A stretch of 64,000 nt of DNA from Bacteroidota bacterium (GCA_023417065.1 JAEZGH010000209.1:279-64278), one strand, 5' to 3'; shown: positions 10,494 to 20,892, counted from the first letter of the stretch. The notes: a model not told the origin generated them from the letters alone. Numbers and translations are program-made.

Positions 10494-11399
10494 TTAGAAC
10501 GGGAGCGGCTCTGAATATCTCGGGATTAATTTTGCGAAGTCTTCCGTCAGCCTGTCAATAACGCGGCTTGGGTGACGGTTGATCACTTTTCGTCCATCGA
10601 TTTCGGTGACGGGCGTTAATTCGCCCATTGTACCTGTCGCGAATACTTCGTCTGCTGTGTAAAATTCGGTAAGCGAAAGATTCCTTTCCTCTAAGGGGAT
10701 TTCCAACTCGCGGCACAGTTCTATTACAAGCCCGCGGGTGATCCCATGCAGACAGGCATCGGCATGGGGCGTGAACACTTTCTGATCCTTAATCATAAAC
10801 AAGTTTGTGTCGTTGAGTTCGGCGACAAATCCGTTGTCATCCAGCATAATGGCGGCGTCTGCTCCGGCGACGTTTGCCTGAATCTTTGCGAGAATGTTAT
10901 TCAAGAGATTGTTGTGGTGAATCTTCGAGTCAAGAAACTGGGGATTGTTCCGTCGCTGCGAGGAGGTGATAACACGTATACCGGACGCGTTGTCGTATAC
11001 GAGTGGTTTCCATTCGGGGAGGACAATCAGGCATGGTCCCTTGGTATTGAGTCGCGGGTCCATTCCCGAAGTGATCTTTTCCCCACGGGTTAAAGTAAGG
11101 CGGATATGGACTTCATGCCGCATGTTGTTTTCCTTCAACGTATCGAAGATCGCCTTCTTGATCTTATCCCTGGGAGGAATGTCGGTGAATGCCAGTGCAT
11201 GAGCGGAAGCCTCAAGGCGTTCGAGGTGTTTGTCGAGGCAGAAGATTCCACTTTTGTAAACACGAAGTCCCTCCCATACGGCGTCGCCTCCCTGAACTAC
11301 GCTATCGAACACAGAAACTTTGGCATCGGCACGAGGAACAATTTTATCGCCGACAAATACTTTTATCGCTTCATTCTTTGGATTAAAACGCTGGAGCAT
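10494..11399 (-). CDS. Class IV aminotransferase (BCAT/ADC-lyase-like)
   Basis: SVFDSVVQGGDAVWEGLR, SKIHHNNL, CLHGITR and TGTMGE motifs. Confidence 0.88.
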   Translation of the reverse strand: MLQRFNPKNEAIKVFVGDKIVPRADAKVSVFDSVVQGGDAVWEGLRVYKSGIFCLDKHLERLEASAHALAFTDIPPRDKIKKAIFDTLKENNMRHEVHIRLTLTRGEKITSGMDPRLNTKGPCLIVLPEWKPLVYDNASGIRVITSSQRRNNPQFLDSKIHHNNLLNNILAKIQANVAGADAAIMLDDNGFVAELNDTNLFMIKDQKVFTPHADACLHGITRGLVIELCRELEIPLEERNLSLTEFYTADEVFATGTMGELTPVTEIDGRKVINRHPSRVIDRLTEDFAKLIPRYSEPLPF

Positions 11400-11418
11400 A
11401 TCTGGATTTAAATTGTTG

Positions 11419-12132
11419 TTAAGGCTGAATGGCGTAAGGTACCAGTTTTTCATAGTATTCGCGCGCCTGCTCATACAATTTCGCGAGGTGTGCAGGTAGT
11501 TCGCGATGGCTCGTTTCCTGTTTCTGGAAAGAGTCAGAACGATGAACATTCGCATACCAATATTTTGCCCATATACCATCGTAAGACTTGGGGCCGGGTT
11601 CCCACTTCAGCATTTCTGCGTAAAAGGGCACGCCAATTTTGTGACAGAGGTTTTCAAGGACCTTTGGAGGATTTTCCAACAGGACGGTGGAATCGACAAC
11701 AATAGGGTTGTGGTTACGTTCAAGTTTTCTGGTGAACAACTCGTATTGGAACTTAAGACCAATGTCACGCATCACAGGCCGTTCAATTACCTGGGCATAG
11801 CTGGCAATTATCTGGTAAGGATTCCGGATCAGGAAAATTTCCGTGGAAGAGAACGGTAGATCTCTCTCAAGAACTTCCATATGATGAGCCATATTCTTGA
11901 TGAACACCAGCTGCGAGTCTCCGAGACCTGTAATCTGGTCAACGACCTCGTGTTCGCTGCGGGGCTGTGTGTTGAGAACATCTTCCTTGCCAGGGTGGTC
12001 AATCCCCGTCTTATCCAGATACACGGCGTAAAACGGTTCATCGAGAACGACTGTATCAGGACGTTGGGCAAAGGAATACATCAATGCAGTTGAGATATTT
12101 CTTGGGCCCGAGATGAGGTTAAGAATTTTCAT
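11419..12132 (-). CDS. Sulfotransferase-fold protein (N-terminal domain of BCAT-like proteins)
   Basis: SGPRNISTALMYSFAQR, DEPFY, FIKNMAHH and DGIWAKYWY motifs. Confidence 0.78.
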   Translation of the reverse strand: MKILNLISGPRNISTALMYSFAQRPDTVVLDEPFYAVYLDKTGIDHPGKEDVLNTQPRSEHEVVDQITGLGDSQLVFIKNMAHHMEVLERDLPFSSTEIFLIRNPYQIIASYAQVIERPVMRDIGLKFQYELFTRKLERNHNPIVVDSTVLLENPPKVLENLCHKIGVPFYAEMLKWEPGPKSYDGIWAKYWYANVHRSDSFQKQETSHRELPAHLAKLYEQAREYYEKLVPYAIQP

Positions 12133-12429
12133 AGCAGTACAGGGAAATCAATATCGAAATTGTTTGTAGAATATCAAATGTCTGCCTCGCGGTGTAAGCG
12201 ATATAGTTGTGGTTTGAGTCCACAGTTGGTAAAAAGAAAAGTGTGTTATCATTCCACTACTAAACGCCGTTATGGTGGGGAGGGGCTTCTACAATATCCG
12301 GTGAACGGTCGCTTTTTTCTTTAAAGATAACGTACCGTGTGGATGAGGAAATGGCAGATTGTTTGGTGTAAGGTGTCTATATCCAAGGATTATCATGGGC
12401 GATAATATTTTGGAAAAAATATCAGTGTT

Positions 12430-12684
12430 ATGAAAACTAAACATTCACTTCAGAATATCATGGGCGAAATCGGTCACGCATTGGCCGAACTTCGCCTTCA
12501 AAAAGGATATGACAGCATCAAGGATTTCACCAATGATCACGATCTGCCGATGATTCAGTATTGGCGAATTGAGAAAGGGAAGGCAAATCTTACGCTGAAG
12601 AGCCTGCACAGGCTGTTGACCATTCATGGACTTTCGATTGGCGATTTCTTCTGTTATCTCAATTCCAACCGTTCGATGCAGTAG
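12430..12684 (+). CDS. XRE-family HTH transcriptional regulator
   Basis: IGHALAELRLQKG...YWRIEKGKANLTLKSL HTH pattern. Confidence 0.8.
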   Translation: MKTKHSLQNIMGEIGHALAELRLQKGYDSIKDFTNDHDLPMIQYWRIEKGKANLTLKSLHRLLTIHGLSIGDFFCYLNSNRSMQ

Positions 12685-12795
12685 GTGAACACCAGGGCGA
12701 CGGCTCTGAAATTTGCGTTGGCATATAGACCAACCGTTATGATGGATGGCATGCTTTTTTTGTCTATCTCGTTATGGAACGTGAAACAGACAAGT

Positions 12796-13158
12796 ATGGA
12801 GTTTGATCCAATTCCGATGTACGGGAACGGGGATCTTCGTCGGGGTGAAAAAACGATCGATAAAACGCATCAATCCCAGGAAATTTTGAAGATTCTGGTG
12901 GAAAGCAAAGAAACCGGGAGAGCCGTGGGTATCAGTAGTCCGTTGTTGGGGGAGGGATTTTTTACCACAGCTGTAGACGATATCGTATTGCTTGAGGGCG
13001 AAACCATTATTTTGCTCATTCCATTTGATACAACGGGTTTTATGCTTCCTGTTAACAAACTCAAATTAAGTCAAGTCACGGCTGTTTGTCTTTTTAGATC
13101 CAAGTTCAAAAATCCAATCCTTAAAAATCTCAACAGAGGTAAAAATTGGTTCTTTTGA
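12796..13158 (+). CDS. Hypothetical protein
   Basis: ORF track 12685..13158; ATG at 12796 is the most plausible start; no recognised motif. Confidence 0.55.
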   Translation: MEFDPIPMYGNGDLRRGEKTIDKTHQSQEILKILVESKETGRAVGISSPLLGEGFFTTAVDDIVLLEGETIILLIPFDTTGFMLPVNKLKLSQVTAVCLFRSKFKNPILKNLNRGKNWFF

Positions 13159-13220
13159 AGCTGGGCAATCCATATGATTGAGAGTCACGAATAAAATTGT
13201 ATTTTGGTTCGCCAGGAATT

Positions 13221-14657
13221 ATGAGCGAAACCATTACACGTCAGGATTATAAATATCACGAAGTTGCCGAAAGAATTGAGCGACTTATTTCGAAGCAGGT
13301 GCTCAAGGTGGGCGATAAGCTGCTTTCCGTTAGAGCACTGAGCAAAGAACAGGGGATAAGCCTTAGTACGGCGTTTCAGGCGTATTATCACCTAGAAAGT
13401 AAAGGGCTGATCGAAGCTCGCCCTCAGTCGGGATATTACGTTAAGTATTCGCCACGCCACATCCTTGAACTGCCCCGCGTCTGTGAAACACCGGATGATG
13501 CTGTTCCGGTAAGTATCAACGATATGATCGACAGCGTCTATCTGGACCTTCGTTCACCAAGCTTGTTAAACTTCGCATTAGCGGCACCACCCGAACCACT
13601 TCTTCCCACAGCCAAGCTGAACAAGGTGCTGATGCATGTGTTGCGGCAATCGCCCACCAGTTGTCTGCACTACGAACACGTTCAGGGCAACGTAGAACTG
13701 CGTCGGCAGATTGCGCGGCAGTCTTTTAACTGGGGCGGAGTCGTTTCGGAAGACGATGTTGTAGTTACCGCGGGAGCCGTTGAAGCGCTATCTCTCTGCG
13801 TTCGGGCAGTAACGAAACCAGGAGACGCCGTGGCGATTGAAAGCCCAACCTATCACGCCATCTTCCAGCTGATGGAGAGCCATGGTCTTAAAGTGGTAGA
13901 AGTTCCAACGGATCCGGTTACAGGAGCTGATCTGGATTACCTTGAAAAGGCGATCAAACGATTCAATATCAAAGCATGTCTCTTCGTTAATAATTTTAAC
14001 AGCCCCCTTGGAAGTTGCATGCCTGATGTGAATAAGAAGCGCCTTGTTGATATGCTGGCGAAAAAGGAAATCCCGTTGATCGAAGATGATATCTATGGGG
14101 AACTTTACTTCGGGAAGACGCGTCCGAAGACCTGTAAGACGTTTGACAAGAAAGGGCTTGTCTTACACTGTTCATCCGTGTCGAAGTCACTGGCTCCAGG
14201 TTATCGAATAGGGTGGGCAATTCCGGGAAGGTTCAAGGATCAGATCATTGCCCTGAAGCGGATGCATACCGTTTCCACTAATACATTAAGTCAGGCTGCG
14301 ATTGCAGAATTCCTTCGCAACGGTCGTTACGAACTACACCTGAGAAATTTACGGCGGGCCCTCCATACACACGCATTGCGCTATATCCAGGCGATTTCGG
14401 AATATTTCCCTGAAGACACGCGCATTACAAGACCCGAAGGTGGTTTCGTACTCTGGATTGAACTAAATAAAAAAATTAATACCTTCAGACTTCACAAACG
14501 CGCTCTGAAACACAATATAGGTATCTCTCCAGGTCAGATCTTCTCTTCTCAGGGGCGATTTGAAAATTGTTTCAGGATGAGTTTTGGTGAGCCATGGAGC
14601 GATAAAGTGGAGGAGGGAATACGAACGATAGCGAAACTGATCAGGGAATACAAGTGA
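13221..14657 (+). CDS. MocR-type GntR regulator with PLP-aminotransferase domain
   Basis: wHTH (LLSVRALS...AYYHLESKGLI) plus IEDDIYGEL and SKSLAPGYRIGW motifs. Confidence 0.92.
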   Translation: MSETITRQDYKYHEVAERIERLISKQVLKVGDKLLSVRALSKEQGISLSTAFQAYYHLESKGLIEARPQSGYYVKYSPRHILELPRVCETPDDAVPVSINDMIDSVYLDLRSPSLLNFALAAPPEPLLPTAKLNKVLMHVLRQSPTSCLHYEHVQGNVELRRQIARQSFNWGGVVSEDDVVVTAGAVEALSLCVRAVTKPGDAVAIESPTYHAIFQLMESHGLKVVEVPTDPVTGADLDYLEKAIKRFNIKACLFVNNFNSPLGSCMPDVNKKRLVDMLAKKEIPLIEDDIYGELYFGKTRPKTCKTFDKKGLVLHCSSVSKSLAPGYRIGWAIPGRFKDQIIALKRMHTVSTNTLSQAAIAEFLRNGRYELHLRNLRRALHTHALRYIQAISEYFPEDTRITRPEGGFVLWIELNKKINTFRLHKRALKHNIGISPGQIFSSQGRFENCFRMSFGEPWSDKVEEGIRTIAKLIREYK

Positions 14658-14777
14658 GGAGAAAAAGCGATCCGGGCGATGGAATATTGAACAATGCAAT
14701 CCAATCTGAATAATCATCATCTGAATTGACTACTGGCTGCTGATGCAGTTGCTGTCTTCATTTTAAATTCAAAAAAT

Positions 14778-15881
14778 ATGAACCCTCAATCACGACGGAC
14801 TTTTTTGTCATCCATGGCTTTTGGTGCCTCAATGTTAACCATGCCGGCACTTGGGAATAACACGCTTTACAGTCCTATCCAGGGGCGTAAGCTTGGAGTT
14901 GCGCTAGTTGGTCTTGGTAGTTACAGCGAAGGGCGCCTGGCCCCGGCACTCAAGGAAACACGCCATTGCGAGCTGAGAGGAATCGTGACCGGTACACCGG
15001 AAAAAATTGGTAAATGGAAGGAGCGTTTTGCGCTGTCAGATAAAAATATATACAACTACGAAAACTTCGATAAGATTGCTGACAACAAGGATATCGATAT
15101 TGTGTACGTGGTGTTGCCCAATTCGATGCATCATGAATATGTTATCCGTGCGGCCAAGGCAGGAAAGCATGTGATATGCGAGAAACCGGTATCAGTGTCG
15201 GTGAAGGAAGCCGAAGAAATGGTGGCAGCGTGTAAGAAGGCAGGCGTAAGGTTCTTCGTGGGCTATCGTCTCCACTTTGAGCCATTCAATCTGGAGGCGA
15301 GACGTGTGGGGCAGCAGAAAGAATTTGGCAAGGTTAAGATCGTTCAGAGTGAAATGGGGTTCCGTATTGGTGACCCGAACCAATGGCGTTTGAAGAAAGC
15401 ACTCGCGGGCGGAGGAGCAATGATGGATGTCGGTATCTATGCGATTCAGGGAGCCCGTTACAGTATCGGGGCAGAGCCTTTGTTTGTTACGGCGCAGGAA
15501 TTCAAAACTGACAAGGAGAAATTCCGCGAGGTAGATGAAACCATTTCATGGCAGATGGAATTTCCCGGCGGTGAAGTTGCCCTTTGTTCTACAACATACG
15601 CATCAAATATTGAACGACTGATGATCAGTGCCGAAAATGGATGGCTGGAGTTGCGCCCTGCATTTGGGTATGGCCCTATCAAAGGCAAAACGCACAAAGG
15701 TGATTTGGACCTTCCCGTGGTGAATCATCAGGCTGCTCAACTCGACGGCATGGCTATTTGTATAAATGAAAAACTGGGTTCCACGGCCGAGGGCGATGAG
15801 GGTGTACGCGACATGAAAGTTATTGAAGCTATTTATCAATCTATCGCTGCAGGGGGGAAACGCACGCAGGTCCCGTCATAA
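14778..15881 (+). CDS. Gfo/Idh/MocA oxidoreductase (glucose-fructose oxidoreductase-like), Tat leader
   Basis: SRRTFL leader, GLGSY, HVICEKP and GGGAMMDVGIY motifs. Confidence 0.9.
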   Translation: MNPQSRRTFLSSMAFGASMLTMPALGNNTLYSPIQGRKLGVALVGLGSYSEGRLAPALKETRHCELRGIVTGTPEKIGKWKERFALSDKNIYNYENFDKIADNKDIDIVYVVLPNSMHHEYVIRAAKAGKHVICEKPVSVSVKEAEEMVAACKKAGVRFFVGYRLHFEPFNLEARRVGQQKEFGKVKIVQSEMGFRIGDPNQWRLKKALAGGGAMMDVGIYAIQGARYSIGAEPLFVTAQEFKTDKEKFREVDETISWQMEFPGGEVALCSTTYASNIERLMISAENGWLELRPAFGYGPIKGKTHKGDLDLPVVNHQAAQLDGMAICINEKLGSTAEGDEGVRDMKVIEAIYQSIAAGGKRTQVPS

Positions 15882-15996
15882 ATAAAGACCATCATTATAA
15901 ATGTTTCGCAAACGGTGGCATTCGTCATTAGGAAAATTCCACCGCGTTTTTATATTGCCATTAGTCGTTCTGAACGACATCTCAAGAAAAAGAACT

Positions 15997-18477
15997 ATGA
16001 AACGAATCGTGCTTTGCGCCATCGCATCGATGTGCGTGCTGACAACCAATGCCCAGGATGAGGTGTTGCGTATCAATGATCAGGACTATCTGGAAATGAC
16101 CGGGCTCAACGTAATGCTCGCTCATGATTTCTATCCTGAGAGCCACCAGGGTGGTGTAGGAATAATTCAAAACGGACTTCGGGTTGGAACCAACGGCGAC
16201 CTTCGGCTTGAACCCGCACCCGGGCAGTGGCAACCCGTTCCGAAGGTAGGAACGCGTATGGTAAACCGCGACAAGCAGGAGATCAGCATTCGTATGGAGT
16301 ACCCAGATGAGTCGAAAGACCGGAAAGGATTTAATCCGATCATTTATCCGGATCTCCGATTTGCATATACCCTTAAGGTTGTTCCGCAGGGGAGATCTTT
16401 CAGGATCATTGTTGACCTCGACAAGCCTCTGCCGGCGGAGTGGATAGGCAAGGTAGGATTCAACTTTGAGTTATTCCCTGGTTTCCTTTTTGGTAAGTCA
16501 TACTACGCAGATAATAATTTCGGCATCTTCCCTCAGCAGGCGAATGGGCCCATGTTTAAAGATTCAGATGGCGAATGGCAGATTGAACCAATGGCAAAAG
16601 GGAAGAAGCTCGTCATTGCTCCCGAGTCTGATCGCCAGCGCATGACTATCGAAACAGCGAAGGGAGATGAGTTGCAGCTCCTTGATGGCCGCGGCAAACA
16701 CAACAACGGGTGGTTTGTCGTTCGATCCCTGGTTCCCGCCGGGGCAACGACCAATGCTATTGAATGGATTGTTACGCCCAATGCAATTCCGAATTGGCGT
16801 CACGAACCTGTGGTGCAGGTGTCGCAGGTAGGGTATCATCCAAAGCAGCAGAAGATTGCCAACATTGAAACTGATCTCAAGGATGATCGCAGGTTGCCTG
16901 TAACGCTATATAAGATAACAGCAAATGGCCGCGAAAAGGTCTTGGAGGCCGCGCCGAAGGAGTGGGGAAAATTCCTGCGATACCGGTACCTTCAATTCGA
17001 CTTTTCACATATTACGGCGCCGGGAATGTATCGCGTTCAATATGGCGACTTTGAATCGCGCCCCTTCCAGATCAGCGCCGACGTCTACCAGCGTCACGTA
17101 TGGCAGCCTACTATCGAGTATTTTCTTCCGGTTCAGATGTGTCACATGCGCGTGAATGAGCGCTATCGCGTATGGCATGGAGCATGCCATCTCGACGATG
17201 CCCGGATGGCGCCGCTTAACCACAATCATTTCGACGGCTACATACAGGGAGCTTCCGCGTTACAGGATAAATTCAAAACCGGTGACATCGTTCCGGGAAT
17301 GGATCAGGGCGGATGGCATGATGCGGGTGATTTTGATCTTCGCATCGAAAGTCAGGCTGCAACAATCCATAATTTGTCGCTCATCTACGAAATGTTCCGT
17401 CCGGATTACGACAACACCACCATTGATCAGAAAAATAAGCTTGTAGAGATTCAGGTTCCCGACGGAAAGAATGATTTCCTTCAACAAATTGAGCATGGTG
17501 CACTATCGATCGTAGCTGGATACAATGCGCTCGGGCGTCTATACCGCGGCGTGATCTGTCCTACGCTGAGGCAATACGTTTTATTGGGAGATCCCGTGAA
17601 CATGACAGATAATGTGTTCTTCAAGGGAGAGGAAAAGTCCGACACGCCGCCTGTGGGATTGCCTGGTTCACCCGATGATCGCTGGATTTTTACGGAAGAT
17701 AACCCACGCCGCGAACTTGAAACGGCGGCTGCGCTTGCTGCTACAGCACGGGTGTTGAAGGAGCTCAATCCTTCTCTCGCCGATGAATGTCTTCGAATAG
17801 CCGGGGAGTTGTACGACAGAACCAAAGAGCCGCACCCGCTTGTACGGCTTAGTGCTGCAGTGGAAATGTTCAGATCTACTTCAGACAAAAAATATGCTGA
17901 CTGGATTCTTAGCCACCAAAAGGAGATCGTTGAACGCGCAGCGTTTACGGCTGCGATTGTCGCTCCTGTGGTTGATCAATTGAAAAACAAAAAGTTTTCA
18001 GCCGCTATTAAAAATGCAGTCAAAGAATACCATGCGCGCGTTGCAGCTGAAGAAAAGGAAAACCCTTATGGCGTGCCTTATAAGCCTGATATTTGGGGCG
18101 CAGGATGGGGAATCCAAAGCATAGGTGTGAAACACTACGTGCTCCATCGGTTCTTTCCGGATGTTTTTCCGGAAAGCTATATGCTTCATGCGATCAATTT
18201 CATTCTTGGCGTGCACCCCGGTACAAACACATCATCGTTTGCTTCGGGGGTGGGTTCCAAATCCCTGACAACAGCCTATGGGCTTAACAGGGCTGACTGG
18301 TCATATATCCCCGGTGGAATCGGATCTGGCACTGCTTTGATCCGTCCTGACTATCCCGAGTTGCTTACCTGGCCATTCCTCTGGCAGCAGACAGAATACG
18401 TACTCGGTGGTGGTACTACCGACTACCTGTTCCTGATCATAGCTGCGGATCACCTTTTGAATGGCAAGGGTAATTGA
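15997..18477 (+). CDS. Secreted glycoside hydrolase family 9 protein
   Basis: Signal peptide, Ig-like VSQVGYHP, GGWHDAGD catalytic motif, C-terminal QTEY. Confidence 0.82.
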   Translation: MKRIVLCAIASMCVLTTNAQDEVLRINDQDYLEMTGLNVMLAHDFYPESHQGGVGIIQNGLRVGTNGDLRLEPAPGQWQPVPKVGTRMVNRDKQEISIRMEYPDESKDRKGFNPIIYPDLRFAYTLKVVPQGRSFRIIVDLDKPLPAEWIGKVGFNFELFPGFLFGKSYYADNNFGIFPQQANGPMFKDSDGEWQIEPMAKGKKLVIAPESDRQRMTIETAKGDELQLLDGRGKHNNGWFVVRSLVPAGATTNAIEWIVTPNAIPNWRHEPVVQVSQVGYHPKQQKIANIETDLKDDRRLPVTLYKITANGREKVLEAAPKEWGKFLRYRYLQFDFSHITAPGMYRVQYGDFESRPFQISADVYQRHVWQPTIEYFLPVQMCHMRVNERYRVWHGACHLDDARMAPLNHNHFDGYIQGASALQDKFKTGDIVPGMDQGGWHDAGDFDLRIESQAATIHNLSLIYEMFRPDYDNTTIDQKNKLVEIQVPDGKNDFLQQIEHGALSIVAGYNALGRLYRGVICPTLRQYVLLGDPVNMTDNVFFKGEEKSDTPPVGLPGSPDDRWIFTEDNPRRELETAAALAATARVLKELNPSLADECLRIAGELYDRTKEPHPLVRLSAAVEMFRSTSDKKYADWILSHQKEIVERAAFTAAIVAPVVDQLKNKKFSAAIKNAVKEYHARVAAEEKENPYGVPYKPDIWGAGWGIQSIGVKHYVLHRFFPDVFPESYMLHAINFILGVHPGTNTSSFASGVGSKSLTTAYGLNRADWSYIPGGIGSGTALIRPDYPELLTWPFLWQQTEYVLGGGTTDYLFLIIAADHLLNGKGN

Positions 18478-18580
18478 ACCCACGGCTGCGACGGCTTGAG
18501 CTGATGGCGGACTGCAATCGATATAGAGGATCGATTGATAAACATTCATTACATAAAGAATCCTGCGTTTCGTAACGTCG

Positions 18581-18588
18581 TATATTTG
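18581..18588 (+). promoter_or_regulatory. Bacteroidota housekeeping promoter -7 box
   Basis: TATATTTG matches TAnnTTTG, 25 nt before the SemiSWEET ATG. Confidence 0.55.
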
Positions 18589-18613
18589 TATTGACGTTAC
18601 AAACGCTTCGTCT

Positions 18614-18874
18614 ATGAATCATGTCCAAATCCTGGGGCTTGTGGCCGGGTCACTTACAACAGCTGCTTTTCTGCCGCAGGTAATCAAAACCTGGAAAAGT
18701 CGGTCAGCCAAAGATCTTTCGCTGGGAATGTTTTCGCTATTTTGTTTAGGTGTAGCCCTTTGGCTCATCTACGGTATCATCGTTCGGGATATACCAGTCA
18801 TTGCTGCCAATCTGGTGACGCTGATGCTTGCTGCGACGCTGCTGGTGTTTAAGCTGCGTTTTAAGAATCAGTAG
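18614..18874 (+). CDS. SemiSWEET (PQ-loop) sugar transporter
   Basis: TTAAFLPQVIKTWKSRSAKDLS; 3 TM helices; 86 aa. Confidence 0.92.
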   Translation: MNHVQILGLVAGSLTTAAFLPQVIKTWKSRSAKDLSLGMFSLFCLGVALWLIYGIIVRDIPVIAANLVTLMLAATLLVFKLRFKNQ

Positions 18875-19126
18875 CGGGCCTGCTATCAATGATGAAGTCA
18901 ATGTGGACTCATCATCGGGTTGTTTGTATGAAAATTCATCTACAACTTTTGGAATTACCGGTTCTAAATCGCTGTTCCAGGCGGCACTGAGGGCCGTAAA
19001 AAGGGTGTGATGACCTCCATCGTGACACGATACAGCCGCTATTTTCCCGCTTATTATGTCTTTTTGACGTTAATCCTTCGCTGGTATGTGGATTGTTAAA
19101 GAAATGATGAGAAGGAGGAATGTGCA

Positions 19127-19519
19127 ATGAAAAAGAAAAGTAACAATAACCAGAGTTTAGATCTCATAACTACGGTTGATGTTCTTAACACCTTAAGCGG
19201 AGGTATTACCGAACCACAGCAAAATATCATTGAATCTGAGTATGGCCGGGAGCTGCATTTCAGGGTCGCCGGCATCGGTAAACATGCGATGAATGTTGAG
19301 ATACATAACAACCACTTAACCATATACTACTATATCAATATCGCATCTTATGACAAACTGGTGCAGGTGCCACAAATCGTTTACAACCGCGCTGTTCCAT
19401 ACTATATTGATATCAGTAAGATACATGCTACGTTTGAGGGTGATGAACTTGTTGTGCACATGCCGTTCAACAAGTTGTCGAATGGTTATCACCGGAAGGT
19501 TAGGATAAATGAAAACTAG
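19127..19519 (+). CDS. Hsp20/alpha-crystallin-like protein
   Basis: VEIHNNHLTI and IDISKIHATFEGDELVVHMP alpha-crystallin pattern. Confidence 0.72.
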   Translation: MKKKSNNNQSLDLITTVDVLNTLSGGITEPQQNIIESEYGRELHFRVAGIGKHAMNVEIHNNHLTIYYYINIASYDKLVQVPQIVYNRAVPYYIDISKIHATFEGDELVVHMPFNKLSNGYHRKVRINEN

Positions 19520-19524
19520 ACTTG

Positions 19525-19558
19525 AAACAAAGGCCCGTCCGTTGACGGGCCTTTGTTT
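19525..19558. terminator. Bidirectional intrinsic terminator
   Basis: AAACAAAGGCCCGTC-cgtt-GACGGGCCTTTGTTT perfect hairpin between convergent genes. Confidence 0.85.
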
Positions 19559-19576
19559 TAAATGTTATTATTGTCC

Positions 19577-20851
19577 TTAATCGACTATGGTGCTGTAAGT
19601 AAGAATCTTGAATCGCTCACCAATATCCCACGCGGCTGTTTCGTAAACGTTGGTGTAGAGAACACCTATCAGCTTCTCAACCGGATCAGCCCAATAATGC
19701 GTACTAAATGCTCCACCCCATTGGAATGAGCCGACGGTAGCAATAGATTGATGATCATTTTTCGGTGTTTCAAGTCCGAAGGCTAGACCGTATTCGGGAG
19801 TTCCATCACCAGTTAACTGGTTCGTCAAAATCAATTCAACAGTCTTTCGGCTTAGCAGTCTGACTCCATTGAGTTCACCCTTGTTTACAAACATCTGAAG
19901 AAATTTAGCATAGTCAGCCACCGTTGATGAAAGACCGGCACCTCCGGAGTAGTATGTCCCCTTCAAGGTTGGATAATCCGGATCAGTGCCGTCGTAAGCC
20001 TTACCCTCAAATTTTGTGAGAGAATTGTTGCTGCCACTATAGAGAGGCACGAGTCGTTTGTGTTTGTCTGAAGGGAGGTAAAAATACGTGTCCGTCATTC
20101 CCAACGGTTCGAAGATGCGATTTTGAAAAAAGTCCGCGAGCGACATGCCTGACCAAATTTCGATAAGGTAACCCAGCAAGTCTGAACTCAATCCATAAGT
20201 CCACGTCTCTCCTGGATGATGACGCAGCGGGAGGCTTCCGAGTTGCTTCATTTTTTCACCGAGAACTTCGCTGTTGTTGCCTATTCCACTTGGGATTCCG
20301 GCTTTGGCATAGATGGCGCGAAACGGTGGGGTGCCTATTGCAGGGTAGTCAAGCCCCGATGAATGTGTAAGCAAATGGCGGATCGTTATCTCGCTTCGCG
20401 CTGGTTCGGTTTTATAGGACGAATCTTTTTCGTTAAAGGAGGTGAGAACTTTTGGATTCCTGAATTCCGGTATGTATTTCGAAACCGGCTCGTCGAGAAG
20501 GAATTTACCTTCTTCATACAGCATCATTGCAGCGAGACTTGTAATGGCCTTTGTTTGAGATGCGATGCGAAAGATGTCGTCTTTCTTCAGTTGGGTTTTC
20601 TTTTCAGCGTCGCTATATCCAAACGCTTTGTAGTAGACAACCTTTCCGTTTCTCATGATGAACACCGAGGCTCCGGGAATCTTTCCGGCCTTAATATATC
20701 CTTCTATAGTTTTGTCGATAAGCTTCAGCCGTTGTGGCGAGACGCCTTCGCGGGCGGGATCGGAAACATCCGTAAATTCAATCCGGTTCGTTTGGCACCA
20801 TACAGGAAGCGCAATGATCAGGATAGCGATGGAGAGGACGAGTTTTCGCAT
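19577..20851 (-). CDS. Secreted serine hydrolase (beta-lactamase/AmpC-like family)
   Basis: Signal peptide, IASQTK (SxxK), LLTHSSG, WTYG and WGG motifs. Confidence 0.9.
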   Translation of the reverse strand: MRKLVLSIAILIIALPVWCQTNRIEFTDVSDPAREGVSPQRLKLIDKTIEGYIKAGKIPGASVFIMRNGKVVYYKAFGYSDAEKKTQLKKDDIFRIASQTKAITSLAAMMLYEEGKFLLDEPVSKYIPEFRNPKVLTSFNEKDSSYKTEPARSEITIRHLLTHSSGLDYPAIGTPPFRAIYAKAGIPSGIGNNSEVLGEKMKQLGSLPLRHHPGETWTYGLSSDLLGYLIEIWSGMSLADFFQNRIFEPLGMTDTYFYLPSDKHKRLVPLYSGSNNSLTKFEGKAYDGTDPDYPTLKGTYYSGGAGLSSTVADYAKFLQMFVNKGELNGVRLLSRKTVELILTNQLTGDGTPEYGLAFGLETPKNDHQSIATVGSFQWGGAFSTHYWADPVEKLIGVLYTNVYETAAWDIGERFKILTYSTIVD

Positions 20852-20868
20852 GGTAATTTGGTTTATAT

Positions 20869-20892
20869 GAAAAAGCCCTCGGAAGAGGGCTC
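20869..20892 (-). terminator. Intrinsic terminator of the NUMOD4/HNH gene
   Basis: GCCCTC-ggaa-GAGGGC hairpin; U-tract follows it on the minus strand. Confidence 0.65.
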
